A DNA stretch of 64,000 nucleotides from an uncultured Planctomycetia bacterium (GCA_964354545.1 CAYHAE010000001.1:364-64363); one strand, 5' to 3'; shown: positions 20,595-30,275, numbered from the stretch's first letter. Notes: generated by a model not told the origin, from the sequence alone. Translations and numbers: made by a program.

Positions 20595-22010
20595 ATGAAG
20601 GCCATTTTTAAGAGACGCTCGACCACCCCCGACGGTTTTGGATATAAATTATTGCTCGCGTTCGGCCTTATGTCGGTGATACCCCTCCTGGTCGCCGTCT
20701 ACCTTGCTATCAACTACGTATTTCCCCAATTGAACACTCTTGTCGATATAAGCGTGGTGCTCAGTCTCTCCGCCCTCATTGCGTTTCTCGGATTTATCTT
20801 TGCACGGAAGGTCATCAAGCCGGTAGTCGATATGGCGGTCATGGCGCGGACGATCGCGAGCGGTCACTACGAAAAACAGATCCACATTTCCGGCAACGAC
20901 GAGATCGCGCAATTGGGTGAATCGATAAATGCGATCACGGCGAAGGTGCGGCTCAACATCGAGGAGATGAAGAGCTACAGCCACAAGGCGCAGGAGCTCA
21001 ACGTGGAGATACACAGGAGGATGGTGGTCCTCGCGGGCCTCCTCCAGGTGAGTGACGTGATATTGAGCAGCACCATGGAATTCAAGGATATCCTCGACCT
21101 GCTTGTCTCGAAGGTCTCCCAGGCGTACGATACGGGGTTCGCGGTATTATTTCTATCGAAGGACTCGCCCGAGCTCTTCTATCCTGTCGCACTCTGCAAT
21201 GCGGAGCACGAAGGGTTCGACAAGATCGTCATACGCGAGGGGAAGGGTTTTCTGGGGAAGCTGCTCTTCTCGAGGTCTATCTTAGTGATCGACTCCACTA
21301 TGCGGGAGACGAAGGAGATTGAGGAGTTCAAGAGGGCGCACCATGTGAAAAACCTCGTTGTATTTCCGATATTCTCCGGGAAGGATACGTTCGGGATACT
21401 CTTCGCCGGCAACCGGCTCGATAATTACAAGTTCTCCTCCGATGAATTCGATATCGTGAAGATCTTCGCGAAGCAGATCGCGATCGCCGTTGAGAATAAT
21501 ATCCTCGTGAGAAAGACGAAGGAGCTCGCCCTGAAAGACGACCTCACGAACCTCTTCAACAGGAATTACATATTCCCGAGGCTCGATGAGGAGATCAAGA
21601 GGGCGCTCTTCTTTCAAAGGCCGTGCTCATTCTTAATGATCAACGTGGACGAGTACAGGAAGTTCAGGGATGACTGTGGAGAGATAGCCTCCGAGGAAGC
21701 GCTCAAGAAGATCGCCGACATCCTGAAGGGCTATGTCGAACCGTTCGGGAAAGCGGCAAGGATCGCGGGTGACGAATTTGCGCTCCTCCTGCCGGAAAAG
21801 AATAAGCGGCAGTCGCTGGAGATCGCCGAAGCGATACGGAGGAAGATCGAATCGTCGAGCTTCGCCGAATCTCAAACCAAGCCCTTGACCGTGAGCATAG
21901 GCGTGAGCGAAAACCCGATAGACGGGTCGACGCAGGAAGATATCGCAAAGAGCGCTGCGGCGTTTCTTGCGCACGCAAAAGCGCAGGGCAAGAACAGGGT
22001 CGTTGGTTGA
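20595..22010 (+). CDS. Membrane HAMP-GAF-GGDEF protein, degenerate active site
   Basis: Two TM helices, HAMP (DEIAQLGESIN), GAF (FAKQIAIAVEN), DDLTNLFNR, RIAGDEF; RBS GGAGG before ATG 20595. Confidence 0.88.
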   Translation: MKAIFKRRSTTPDGFGYKLLLAFGLMSVIPLLVAVYLAINYVFPQLNTLVDISVVLSLSALIAFLGFIFARKVIKPVVDMAVMARTIASGHYEKQIHISGNDEIAQLGESINAITAKVRLNIEEMKSYSHKAQELNVEIHRRMVVLAGLLQVSDVILSSTMEFKDILDLLVSKVSQAYDTGFAVLFLSKDSPELFYPVALCNAEHEGFDKIVIREGKGFLGKLLFSRSILVIDSTMRETKEIEEFKRAHHVKNLVVFPIFSGKDTFGILFAGNRLDNYKFSSDEFDIVKIFAKQIAIAVENNILVRKTKELALKDDLTNLFNRNYIFPRLDEEIKRALFFQRPCSFLMINVDEYRKFRDDCGEIASEEALKKIADILKGYVEPFGKAARIAGDEFALLLPEKNKRQSLEIAEAIRRKIESSSFAESQTKPLTVSIGVSENPIDGSTQEDIAKSAAAFLAHAKAQGKNRVVG

Positions 22011-22088
22011 GGAGACCCCCGTGCGCGACGTCGCGGGAGGATAGAGCGCGGACAGGAGCTGGTCGAGCACGTTTTTTATGGAGGATAG

Positions 22089-23153
22089 ATGGCCCACGAC
22101 ATTCAGCGTCTTTTACTGCTCATGAATGAGAGAAATGCGTCTGACCTGCACATCTCCGCGAACGCGACCGTGCAGCTGAGGCTCGACGAGAAGCTCGTTC
22201 CCGTTGATGACCATGTCCTCACTCCGGAAGAGGCGAAAACCCTCACGTACAGCATACTGAATAAGGAGCAGATCGCGAAGTTCGAGAAAGACCTGGAGCT
22301 TGACCTCTCCTTGAGCGTGACGGACTTGAGCAGGTTCAGGGTAAACGTCTTTAAACAGCGGGGAGACGTAGGGTGCGCGATCAGGCTCATACCGTTCAGG
22401 ATAAGGAACTTCGAGGAATGCGGCCTGCCCGTGGACGTCGTGACGAGCCTGTGCAAGAAACCGAAGGGGCTGGTCCTGGTCACCGGCGCGACAGGAAGCG
22501 GTAAATCGACGACGCTCTCCGCGATGATAGATTGGATAAATTCAGAGCGGTACTGTCACATCATCACCATCGAGGACCCGATAGAGTTCGTCCATACCCA
22601 CAAGAAGGCGCTCATTGAGCAGCGTGAGGTCTATAGCGATACGCACTCATTCGGGGAGTCCCTCAAGCACGTCCTGAGGCAGGATCCTGACGTCATCCTC
22701 ATCGGTGAGATGCGCGATCTGGAGACGATAGAGTCGGCCCTCATCATCGCAGAGACCGGCCACCTCGTATTTGCGACACTCCACACATCTGATTGCGTCC
22801 AGACGATGAATAGGATCATAGACGTCTTCCCGGCGTACCAGCAGCAGCAGATCCGGACGCAGCTCTCCTTCGTCCTCGTAGGGATCCTGTCCCAACAGCT
22901 CATCCCGCGGCTCAAAGGGACGGGCAGGGTCCTCGCGACCGAGGTCTTGGTGGTGACACCTGCGGTGCGCAGCCTCGTCCGCGAGGCAAAGATACACCAG
23001 CTCTACTCCGTCATCCAGACGTCGCAGAAAGACGGCATGAAGACAATGAACCAGGCGCTCTTCGAGCTCTATCAGAAGAAGCTCATATCGTACGAAGATG
23101 CGTTCGCGCGCTCGACCGATACCGAAGATCTGAACAGGGTCTTCAATCGGTGA
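22089..23153 (+). CDS. pilT: Type IV pilus retraction ATPase
   Basis: ASDLH, RFRVNVF, GATGSGKSTT, EDPIE, LRQDPDVILIGEMRD, AETGHLVFATLH, AVRSLVRE. Confidence 0.95.
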   Translation: MAHDIQRLLLLMNERNASDLHISANATVQLRLDEKLVPVDDHVLTPEEAKTLTYSILNKEQIAKFEKDLELDLSLSVTDLSRFRVNVFKQRGDVGCAIRLIPFRIRNFEECGLPVDVVTSLCKKPKGLVLVTGATGSGKSTTLSAMIDWINSERYCHIITIEDPIEFVHTHKKALIEQREVYSDTHSFGESLKHVLRQDPDVILIGEMRDLETIESALIIAETGHLVFATLHTSDCVQTMNRIIDVFPAYQQQQIRTQLSFVLVGILSQQLIPRLKGTGRVLATEVLVVTPAVRSLVREAKIHQLYSVIQTSQKDGMKTMNQALFELYQKKLISYEDAFARSTDTEDLNRVFNR

Positions 23154-23181
23154 TCGTCTCGACCGCGGTCACGGGTACCCT

Positions 23182-23640
23182 ATGGCAGCGATTCGAAGGA
23201 TTGTTTCAAAACAATTAGGCGAGCTCCTCCTCGAGAGGAGGCTGATCGATCAATCCCAGCTCGAGTCGGCCCTCAAGCTGCAGAAAGAGAAGGGTGGGCT
23301 CATCGGTCAGATACTCGTCATGCTCGGGTACGTGAAAGAGGAGGATATTGCCCAGGCCATCACCGTCCAGTATGGTTTTCCCTTTCTCTCCCTGGAGAAT
23401 TACGAGATCAACCAGGAAGCACTACAGCTTATACCCGCGAGCGTGGCCCTCCAATACAACATCATACCCGTGGACAAGATAGGGAATATGCTTACGGTCG
23501 CGATGTCGAATCCGCTCAACCTGCAGGCGGTCGAGGACGTGGAGATGATCACCAAATGCCAGGTGCAGGTGTTCGTGAGCACCCTGACCGCCGTCACCGA
23601 AGCAATAAAGAAATATTATGGAGTTATCCCTAAGAGATAG
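23182..23640 (+). CDS. Stand-alone MshEN/T2SSE N-terminal domain protein
   Basis: QLGELLLERRLI..QLESALKLQ and LIGQILVMLGYV tandem motifs, followed by LTVAMSNP N1 domain; no ATPase domain. Confidence 0.85.
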   Translation: MAAIRRIVSKQLGELLLERRLIDQSQLESALKLQKEKGGLIGQILVMLGYVKEEDIAQAITVQYGFPFLSLENYEINQEALQLIPASVALQYNIIPVDKIGNMLTVAMSNPLNLQAVEDVEMITKCQVQVFVSTLTAVTEAIKKYYGVIPKR

Positions 23641-25354
23641 GCTTACCAAGATACTGATAGACGCGAAGCTCATCACCTACGAAGACCTCCTCAAGGCCAT
23701 CACGGTTCAAAAAGATCGCGGGGGAACGCTGGGCGAAACGCTTGTCAATCTCGGGCACATCTCTAAAGACCAGCTCATGCTCGCCATAAGCCAGGGCCTC
23801 GGGATACCCCCGATAAACCTCTCCCGCTATAAGGTAGATCCGAATATCCTAAGGCTGATACCGCCGAAGATCGCCAAGCACTACCAGATCATACCGCTCT
23901 CCAAGATAGGGAACACCCTCACGGTCGTCATGTCTGACCCGCTCAATATATTCGCGATCGACGGCATAAAGGCATTCACGGGCCTGAAGATATCCCCCCT
24001 CATCACTACCGAGCAGGACATAAAGGACGCCATCGCGCAATACTATGAGGAGGATGCGTCTTTGGTCATGGATAAGATCGTCGACGACCTGGGAGGGGGC
24101 GGCGAGATCACGGTGGTCGAAGAGAAGGGCGCTGCCGAAGGAGAGACGTCCACGGAATTGCTCAAGATGACGCAGGATGCGCCCGTAGTGAAATTTACAA
24201 ACGCCATACTCGCGGAAGGCGTTGACGTAAAGGCGAGCGACATCCTTGTGGAGCCTCTCGAGGACCAGATGAGGGTACGGTACAGGGTCGACGGCATTCT
24301 GCATGAAGGAAAGCACGCCCCAAAGGTGATGCACAAAGGCATTGTGTCGAGGCTCAAGGTAATGTCTGAGCTCAACATCGCCGAGCGCAGGCTGCCGCAA
24401 GACGGGCGGTTCAAGATACGCCTCCACAATCGGGAGATCGATTTCAGGATCTCCGTGCTCCCTTCGAAAGAAGGGGAGAAGGTGGCGCTCCGGATACTGG
24501 ATAAAGCGCAGGCGAAGCTCAACATAGAGGACCTCGGTTTTGATGAACATTCGGTCACGGAGATGAAGAAGGCCGCCGCCAAACCCCACGGCATGATACT
24601 CGTCGCCGGCCCGACAGGGTGCGGAAAGACGACGACCCTCTACTCTATCTTAAAGCATGTCGATTCACCCACGCTCAACCTCGTGACAGTGGAGGACCCT
24701 GTCGAGTACCTGTTGGATGGCATCAACCAGGTCACCGCGCGGCCCGACCTCGGTCTGACGTTCGCATCTGCGCTGAGGTCTATCTTGCGGCAGGACCCCG
24801 ACGTCGTGATGATAGGCGAGATAAGGGATTTTGAGACGGTCGATATCGCGATCAAGTCTGCGCTCACAGGGCATCTCGTGTTGAGCACGCTCCATACGAC
24901 GACCGCGCCCGGTTCGGTGATCCGCCTTGTGGATATGGGGGTCGAACCCTTTCTCCTCACGTCCTCCCTCATCCTGGTCGTGGCGCAGCGGTTGGTGAGG
25001 AAAATCTGTATGGTGTGCAAAGAACCGGTGAAATTAGACGACGCGATCGCGGAAAAGCTCAGGCTTGACGCGAATGAGGTGAAGGGCACGTTGTACCGGG
25101 GGAGGGGCTGCGACACGTGTTTAAAGACGGGCTATAAAGGCCGCGTGGGCATTGTGGAGGTGCTGTCCCTTACGCCAAAGGTAAAAGAGCTCATCCTCAA
25201 GGGTGTCCAGGAGTATGAGATACGGGATGAGGCGAGGAAAGAAGGGATGCTGAGCCTGCGCGAGAACGGGATAAAGAAGGTGTTAGAAGGGGCCACGACG
25301 CTTGACGAGGTCTTCCGTGTCACCGTGGGGAACCAGGATCTGGAGCTGAAATAA
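23618..25354 (+). CDS. pilB: Type IV pilus assembly ATPase, paralogue 1
   Basis: ASDILVEP, RLPQDGR, GPTGCGKTTT, EDPVE, RQDPD, CxxC..CxxC. Confidence 0.93.
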   Translation: MELSLRDRLTKILIDAKLITYEDLLKAITVQKDRGGTLGETLVNLGHISKDQLMLAISQGLGIPPINLSRYKVDPNILRLIPPKIAKHYQIIPLSKIGNTLTVVMSDPLNIFAIDGIKAFTGLKISPLITTEQDIKDAIAQYYEEDASLVMDKIVDDLGGGGEITVVEEKGAAEGETSTELLKMTQDAPVVKFTNAILAEGVDVKASDILVEPLEDQMRVRYRVDGILHEGKHAPKVMHKGIVSRLKVMSELNIAERRLPQDGRFKIRLHNREIDFRISVLPSKEGEKVALRILDKAQAKLNIEDLGFDEHSVTEMKKAAAKPHGMILVAGPTGCGKTTTLYSILKHVDSPTLNLVTVEDPVEYLLDGINQVTARPDLGLTFASALRSILRQDPDVVMIGEIRDFETVDIAIKSALTGHLVLSTLHTTTAPGSVIRLVDMGVEPFLLTSSLILVVAQRLVRKICMVCKEPVKLDDAIAEKLRLDANEVKGTLYRGRGCDTCLKTGYKGRVGIVEVLSLTPKVKELILKGVQEYEIRDEARKEGMLSLRENGIKKVLEGATTLDEVFRVTVGNQDLELK

Positions 25355-27063
25355 TGGAGGCCCTCAAGGATAGGATCCTCAGGGTGCTCATCGATACGCA
25401 ACGCGTGAAGCCGAGCGAGCTCAAGAGGGTCCTCGAAAAGCAGAAGGACAGCCGGACGAGCATGAGCAAGGTCCTGGTCCAGGAGGGTCTCATCTCAGAG
25501 AAGGACCTCATGCTGATCTTGAGCCAGGAACTGAACATCCCTCCCATAAGCCTTTCGAAATATAAGATCGACCAGGCCACCGTACGCCTCATTCCGGAAA
25601 AGATCGCCCGTCAGTTCTTTCTCATTCCGCTTTCGAAGATCGGAAAGGTGCTCACCGTTGCAATGTCCGACCCGCTCAACATCATCGCCATCGACGAGGT
25701 GAAGCTGCTCACGAACTATAAGATAGACCTCGTCATCGCAACAGAGAACGACATCAAAGAGGCGCTCGATGCCTACTATGGTACCGCGACCCTCGAGACA
25801 CAGGAGGCGCTGGATACGCGCGCTGTCGGCGAGGAGCTCGAGATCGTTGAGGGAGAGGAGTTCGATGTCGACAGCATCTCCCAAGAGAGCCAGAAGGCTC
25901 CCATCGTGAAGATGGTGGACGTGATCTTGAACGATGCGCTGAGGAGGCGTTCGAGCGACATACACATTGAGTCGTGCGAGAAGATGCTGCGGATACGGTA
26001 CAGGATCGACGGAGACCTTCAGGAGGTCTTTAAACTCCCGAAGAAGAACCAGAATGCCATCATCGCACGATTTAAGATCATGTCCAAGCTCGACATCACG
26101 GAGACGCGTCTCCCGCAGGACGGGAGGTTCAGGATAAACTTCGAAGGGAAGGAGATAGACTTCAGGGTCTCGGTGCTTCCCATTGCGTTCGGGCCGAAGA
26201 TCGTCTTGAGGGCGCTCGATAAATCGAACTTGAGCGTGGGGCTCGACAAGCTCGGCTTCCTTCCGTATTCCCTCAATGTCTTCAAGGAGGCGCTCAAGCG
26301 TCCGTACGGCATGATACTCGTCACAGGGCCGACGGGGAGCGGGAAGTCGACCACCCTGTATTCCATCATCAATCAACTCAACACGCCCGAGAGGAATATC
26401 GTGACGCTCGAGGAGCCTGTGGAGTACGAGTTGCAGGGCATCACGCAGGTCGAGGTGAGGTCGGATATCGGCCTCACCTTTGCGAACGGGCTCCGGTCCA
26501 TCTTGCGGCAGAGCCCCGATGTGATCATGGTCGGAGAGATCAGGGATTTCGAGACGGCGGATATCGCGATAAAGGCCTCGCTCACAGGGCAGCTCATCCT
26601 GAGCACGCTCCACACGAACGACTCGGTCGGAGCTATTACGAGGCTCGTCGATATGAAGGTGGAACCATTTCTGTTATCATCGAGCCTCATCATGGCATGC
26701 GCCCAGAGGCTCCTCAGGAGGACCTGCCCCCATTGCAGGGCCGAGGTGGACGTGCCCAAAGGTGTCTTGGAGGAATTCGGCATCGATCCGCTTGACGAGC
26801 ACAAGAAGAAGAGGGTCTTCTATGAGGGGAAAGGGTGCGAGAAGTGCAACAGCTCCGGTTACTATGGAAGGTCCGGGATACTTGAGGCGTTCCTCATCGA
26901 TGACACGATGCGCGATATGATCATCAGGAGGGCATCGAGCGACGAACTGAAGGCGCATGCCATGAAAAAAGGGATGAGGACGCTGAGGCAAGAAGCGCTG
27001 GAAAATTTCGTCAACGGTGTCACGACCCTGGAAGAGGTCTTGAGGGTGACCGCGGAGGGGTAA
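25354..27063 (+). CDS. pilB: Type IV pilus assembly ATPase, paralogue 2
   Basis: SSDIHIE, RLPQDGR, GPTGSGKSTT, EEPVE, RQSPD, CPHC..CEKC. Confidence 0.93.
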   Translation: MEALKDRILRVLIDTQRVKPSELKRVLEKQKDSRTSMSKVLVQEGLISEKDLMLILSQELNIPPISLSKYKIDQATVRLIPEKIARQFFLIPLSKIGKVLTVAMSDPLNIIAIDEVKLLTNYKIDLVIATENDIKEALDAYYGTATLETQEALDTRAVGEELEIVEGEEFDVDSISQESQKAPIVKMVDVILNDALRRRSSDIHIESCEKMLRIRYRIDGDLQEVFKLPKKNQNAIIARFKIMSKLDITETRLPQDGRFRINFEGKEIDFRVSVLPIAFGPKIVLRALDKSNLSVGLDKLGFLPYSLNVFKEALKRPYGMILVTGPTGSGKSTTLYSIINQLNTPERNIVTLEEPVEYELQGITQVEVRSDIGLTFANGLRSILRQSPDVIMVGEIRDFETADIAIKASLTGQLILSTLHTNDSVGAITRLVDMKVEPFLLSSSLIMACAQRLLRRTCPHCRAEVDVPKGVLEEFGIDPLDEHKKKRVFYEGKGCEKCNSSGYYGRSGILEAFLIDDTMRDMIIRRASSDELKAHAMKKGMRTLRQEALENFVNGVTTLEEVLRVTAEG

Positions 27064-27119
27064 AGGAGCAAGAGGGGACCGTGAGTCCCTTGAGCGCGAC
27101 ACGGAGCGGAGGACGTGCC

Positions 27120-28334
27120 ATGCCACACTTTCGATATACCGCAAAAGACAGCAAGGGGAATTCGCTCAAAGGCGTGTTAGAGGCCGCCACGAGGCAGGAA
27201 GCGGTGGCCGCCCTCCATAAGCAGGGCGTGTTGATCATATCGCTCGGCGAGGTGAAGGCAAAGCAGGCGGGGCGTTCGGCCGGCCACTTTGCAAAGAAGG
27301 TGAAGATGGACGAGCTTGTCATCTTCTCCCGGCAGCTCGCGACGATGGTCGATGCGGGGATACCTCTCGTAGGCGCTCTCGACATCCTTGGGCAGCAGAT
27401 AGAGACAAAGTCGTTCAAAAACGTGGTGCAGGGGATCCGCGAACGGGTGGAGGCAGGGGAGAGCCTTTCTGACGCCATGTCAAAACACAGGACGATCTTC
27501 TCAGAGCTTTTCGTCAATATGGTGAAGGCGGGGGAGGCGAGCGGCATGCTCGATGAGATACTCGAAAAGGTCGCAGAATATCTTGAAAAGACGAGTGCGC
27601 TGCAGAGGAAAGTTCAGTCCGCACTCATCTATCCGGCGGTAGTGACCTCGATGGCGATCGGCATTACGCTCGTCCTTCTGATCAAGGTGATCCCGGTCTT
27701 CAAAGATATATACTCAGGCTTTGGGGCAGCGCTTCCCAGGCCGACGCAAATCCTCATCTTCGTGAGCGATGCCCTCGGAAAGTATTTCCTCGTGACTACG
27801 ATTGTCCTCGTGCTCGTCTTCATTGCCCTCGGTCGATATCTCCGTACGGAGCGCGGCAGATTTATGTTCGATAGTTTCCTTCTCAGCGTTCCCGTATTCG
27901 GGGTCCTGTTCAAAAAGGTAGCAGTGAGCAAATTCACAAGGACGCTTTCTACGCTCGTGAAGAGCGGCGTCCCCATACTCACCTCACTTGAGATAGTGAG
28001 CAGGACATCGGGCAATAAGGCGGTAGAAGCGGCATTAGAAGTGGTCCGCAAGAATGTGCGCGAAGGCGAGAGGATCGCGGACCCTCTTGCGAAATCGAAG
28101 ATATTTCCTCCGATGGTGGTGAGGATGGTTGCTGTGGGTGAACAGGCCGGACAACTTGAGAAGATGCTCACCAAGATAGCAGATTTTTATGAAACCCAGG
28201 TGGACGCTGCGGTAAGCGGCCTCACGAGCCTTATCGAACCCCTCATTATTCTATTTCTTGGCATCGTCATAGGAACCATTGTCATCTGTATGTTCCTGCC
28301 CATATTCAGGCTCACCTCTGTATTGGGTGGGTAA
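27120..28334 (+). CDS. pilC: Type IV pilus inner-membrane platform protein (GspF family)
   Basis: FSRQLATMVDAGIPL, GEASGML, SALIYP, GEQAGQL, LIEP, MFLPIF. Confidence 0.95.
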   Translation: MPHFRYTAKDSKGNSLKGVLEAATRQEAVAALHKQGVLIISLGEVKAKQAGRSAGHFAKKVKMDELVIFSRQLATMVDAGIPLVGALDILGQQIETKSFKNVVQGIRERVEAGESLSDAMSKHRTIFSELFVNMVKAGEASGMLDEILEKVAEYLEKTSALQRKVQSALIYPAVVTSMAIGITLVLLIKVIPVFKDIYSGFGAALPRPTQILIFVSDALGKYFLVTTIVLVLVFIALGRYLRTERGRFMFDSFLLSVPVFGVLFKKVAVSKFTRTLSTLVKSGVPILTSLEIVSRTSGNKAVEAALEVVRKNVREGERIADPLAKSKIFPPMVVRMVAVGEQAGQLEKMLTKIADFYETQVDAAVSGLTSLIEPLIILFLGIVIGTIVICMFLPIFRLTSVLGG

Positions 28335-28518
28335 TGGCAGGATCGTTTGTAAAAAATGAAAAAGCCGGTTAATGCTTTCGTAAACTGCCCGCGCGATGGA
28401 AAGGCCTCCGGGTCCGCTGCGAAAATGCGACTTGTTTCCGACGAGAGATCTGAGGCAATATTTTAACTTATTCGGCGGCTATAAAGCGCCTTTTATGCAT
28501 GTATTCTGCGTGCAGACC

Positions 28519-28546
28519 TTGACAAATGTGCGGCATAAGGTATACT
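28519..28546 (+). promoter_or_regulatory. sigma70-type promoter of pilin 1
   Basis: TTGACA-16 bp-TATACT. Confidence 0.6.
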
Positions 28547-28648
28547 TTATAATGGAACCCAGTATCTGTTAAAGAGAGGGGGTGGAAAGGGGATAATTTA
28601 AAGACTTTTTTTATCGGACCCATTTTTGGGAAAAAGGAGGGATGAGAC

Positions 28649-28984
28649 ATGGTCAGAAGACATAAAAAGGGATTCACGCTTGTTGAAATCATGATAGTCG
28701 TCGCAATTATAGGTCTATTGGCTGCCATCGCTATCCCGAACTTTGTGAGGGCGAGAGAGACGGCAGAAAGAAATGCGTGTATCGCAAACCTGAAGCAGAT
28801 ACAGGGTGCAGTTCAGGTGTGGGCGATCGACACGAGTGCGGGGTCCACTTCAACGCCAACCGCGACATCAGATCTCGCGAACTACATAAAGACATGGCCG
28901 AAGTGCAAAACAACTACGTATGCGATACCCGCAGTCAGTGCAAACCCCGCGTGTCCAACCACCGGCACTGGACACAACCTCTAA
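28649..28984 (+). CDS. pilA: Type IVa pilin, copy 1
   Basis: Class III signal KKG|FTLVE, IIGLLAAIAIPNF; RBS AGGAGG. Confidence 0.9.
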   Translation: MVRRHKKGFTLVEIMIVVAIIGLLAAIAIPNFVRARETAERNACIANLKQIQGAVQVWAIDTSAGSTSTPTATSDLANYIKTWPKCKTTTYAIPAVSANPACPTTGTGHNL

Positions 28985-29019
28985 TCTTAAGGGGTAATCC
29001 ATTTTTCGTGCGAGGTGCG

Positions 29020-29054
29020 AAAAGGACGGCTATCGTATTATTGCCGTCCTTTTT
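29020..29054 (+). terminator. Intrinsic terminator after pilin 1
   Basis: aaaaggacggc-N12-gccgtccttttt. Confidence 0.8.
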
Positions 29055-29180
29055 GCTTTGGGTATTTCGAAAATTATTTAATTATTATCAGAGCACAACA
29101 GCTGTAAATGAAAGGGGGTGAGGACCGGCCTAAAGACTTTTTTTATCGGACCCATTTTTGGGAAAAAGGAGGGATGAGAC

Positions 29181-29516
29181 ATGGTCAGAAGACATAAAAA
29201 GGGATTCACGCTTGTTGAAATCATGATAGTCGTCGCAATTATAGGTCTATTGGCTGCCATCGCTATCCCGAACTTTGTGAGGGCGAGAGAGACGGCAGAA
29301 AGAAATGCGTGTATCGCAAACCTGAAGCAGATACAGGGTGCAGTTCAGGTGTGGGCGATCGACACGAGTGCGGGGTCCACTTCAACGCCAACCGCGACAT
29401 CAGATCTCGCGAACTACATAAAGTCATGGCCGAAGTGCAAAACAACGACGTATGCGATACCCGCAGTCAGTGCAAACCCCACGTGTCCAACCACCGGCAC
29501 TGGACACAACCTTTAA
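29181..29516 (+). CDS. pilA: Type IVa pilin, copy 2 (2 aa different from copy 1)
   Basis: Same signal; 4 nucleotide differences seen versus 28649-28984. Confidence 0.9.
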   Translation: MVRRHKKGFTLVEIMIVVAIIGLLAAIAIPNFVRARETAERNACIANLKQIQGAVQVWAIDTSAGSTSTPTATSDLANYIKSWPKCKTTTYAIPAVSANPTCPTTGTGHNL

Positions 29517-29517
29517 T

Positions 29518-29714
29518 CCTGTTATCAGAGTTCCACGAGCTACGCCCGTGGGTTGCACCCGCGGACGTAGACCGCGGGTGCATGGCGGAGCGGTCCGGGA
29601 TTTAATTCCCGAAATCTTTCAGATTTCAGGGGAGCGGTTGCCGCACAAGGAGAGTATTCAGTGCGGGTACCGCGGGCTGCGTGCCAACGGCAGGCGTACC
29701 CGTGGGGCTCCAGG
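29518..29714. mobile_element. 197-bp non-autonomous palindromic insertion
   Basis: Absent from the duplicated copy after pilin 1; ends CCTG..GAGTTCCACG / CGTGGGGCTCCAGG; several internal hairpins. Confidence 0.85.
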
Positions 29715-29749
29715 CTTAAGGGGTAATCCATTTTTCGTGCGAGGTGCGG

Positions 29750-29788
29750 AAAGGACGGCTATCATATTATTGCCGCCCTTTTCTTTTT
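29750..29788 (+). terminator. Intrinsic terminator after pilin 2 (duplicate of 29020-29054)
   Basis: aaaggacggc-N12-gccgcccttttcttttt. Confidence 0.65.
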
Positions 29789-29905
29789 AGGACAGCGCGA
29801 TAAACGTTTTTCATAATGCAATCGTGATATCGGGGCCACGTATCTGTTGAAGAGTAAGGCGCTTTTTGACTTCACCCGATCCTAGGAGGGAAGGGGGGAT
29901 GAGAC

Positions 29906-30241
29906 ATGGTCAGAAGACATAAAAAGGGATTCACGCTTGTTGAAGTCATGATAGTCGTTGCAATCATAGGTCTATTGGCTGCCATCGCCATCCCCAACTT
30001 TGTAAGGGCGAGAGAGACGGCAGAAAAGAGCGCGTGTATATCAAACCTGAAGCAGATACAGGGTGCGGTCGAAATGTGGGTACTCGATACGAGCGCGGCA
30101 TCTTCGTCAACGGCGTCTGGAACATCAGACCTTGTGAATTACATAAAGGTATGGCCAAAGTGTAAGGCGAGCACATATGCGATACCTGCGGCAGACGGAA
30201 CGCCCGTGTGTCCGAACAGCATAGGCGGACACAACCTCTAA
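29906..30241 (+). CDS. pilA: Type IVa pilin, copy 3 (diverged globular domain)
   Basis: KKG|FTLVE; same length and Cys pattern as copies 1-2. Confidence 0.9.
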   Translation: MVRRHKKGFTLVEVMIVVAIIGLLAAIAIPNFVRARETAEKSACISNLKQIQGAVEMWVLDTSAASSSTASGTSDLVNYIKVWPKCKASTYAIPAADGTPVCPNSIGGHNL

Positions 30242-30275
30242 ACCTACAGCGGGGATCCTTTTCACTTTGGGTACC

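Noticed and set aside
28335-28500. c-di-GMP-I riboswitch or sigma54 promoter upstream of pilins
   Set aside because: Only partial resemblance (aaaggcctccgggtc); P1/GNRA-receptor architecture not found; the TGGCAG..TTGT spacing and -12 bases do not fit sigma54.
28649-29516. Diversity-generating retroelement TR/VR pair in duplicated pilins
   Set aside because: The four differences (A/T, T/G, G/A, C/T) are not adenine-specific in either copy and no reverse transcriptase is in the window.
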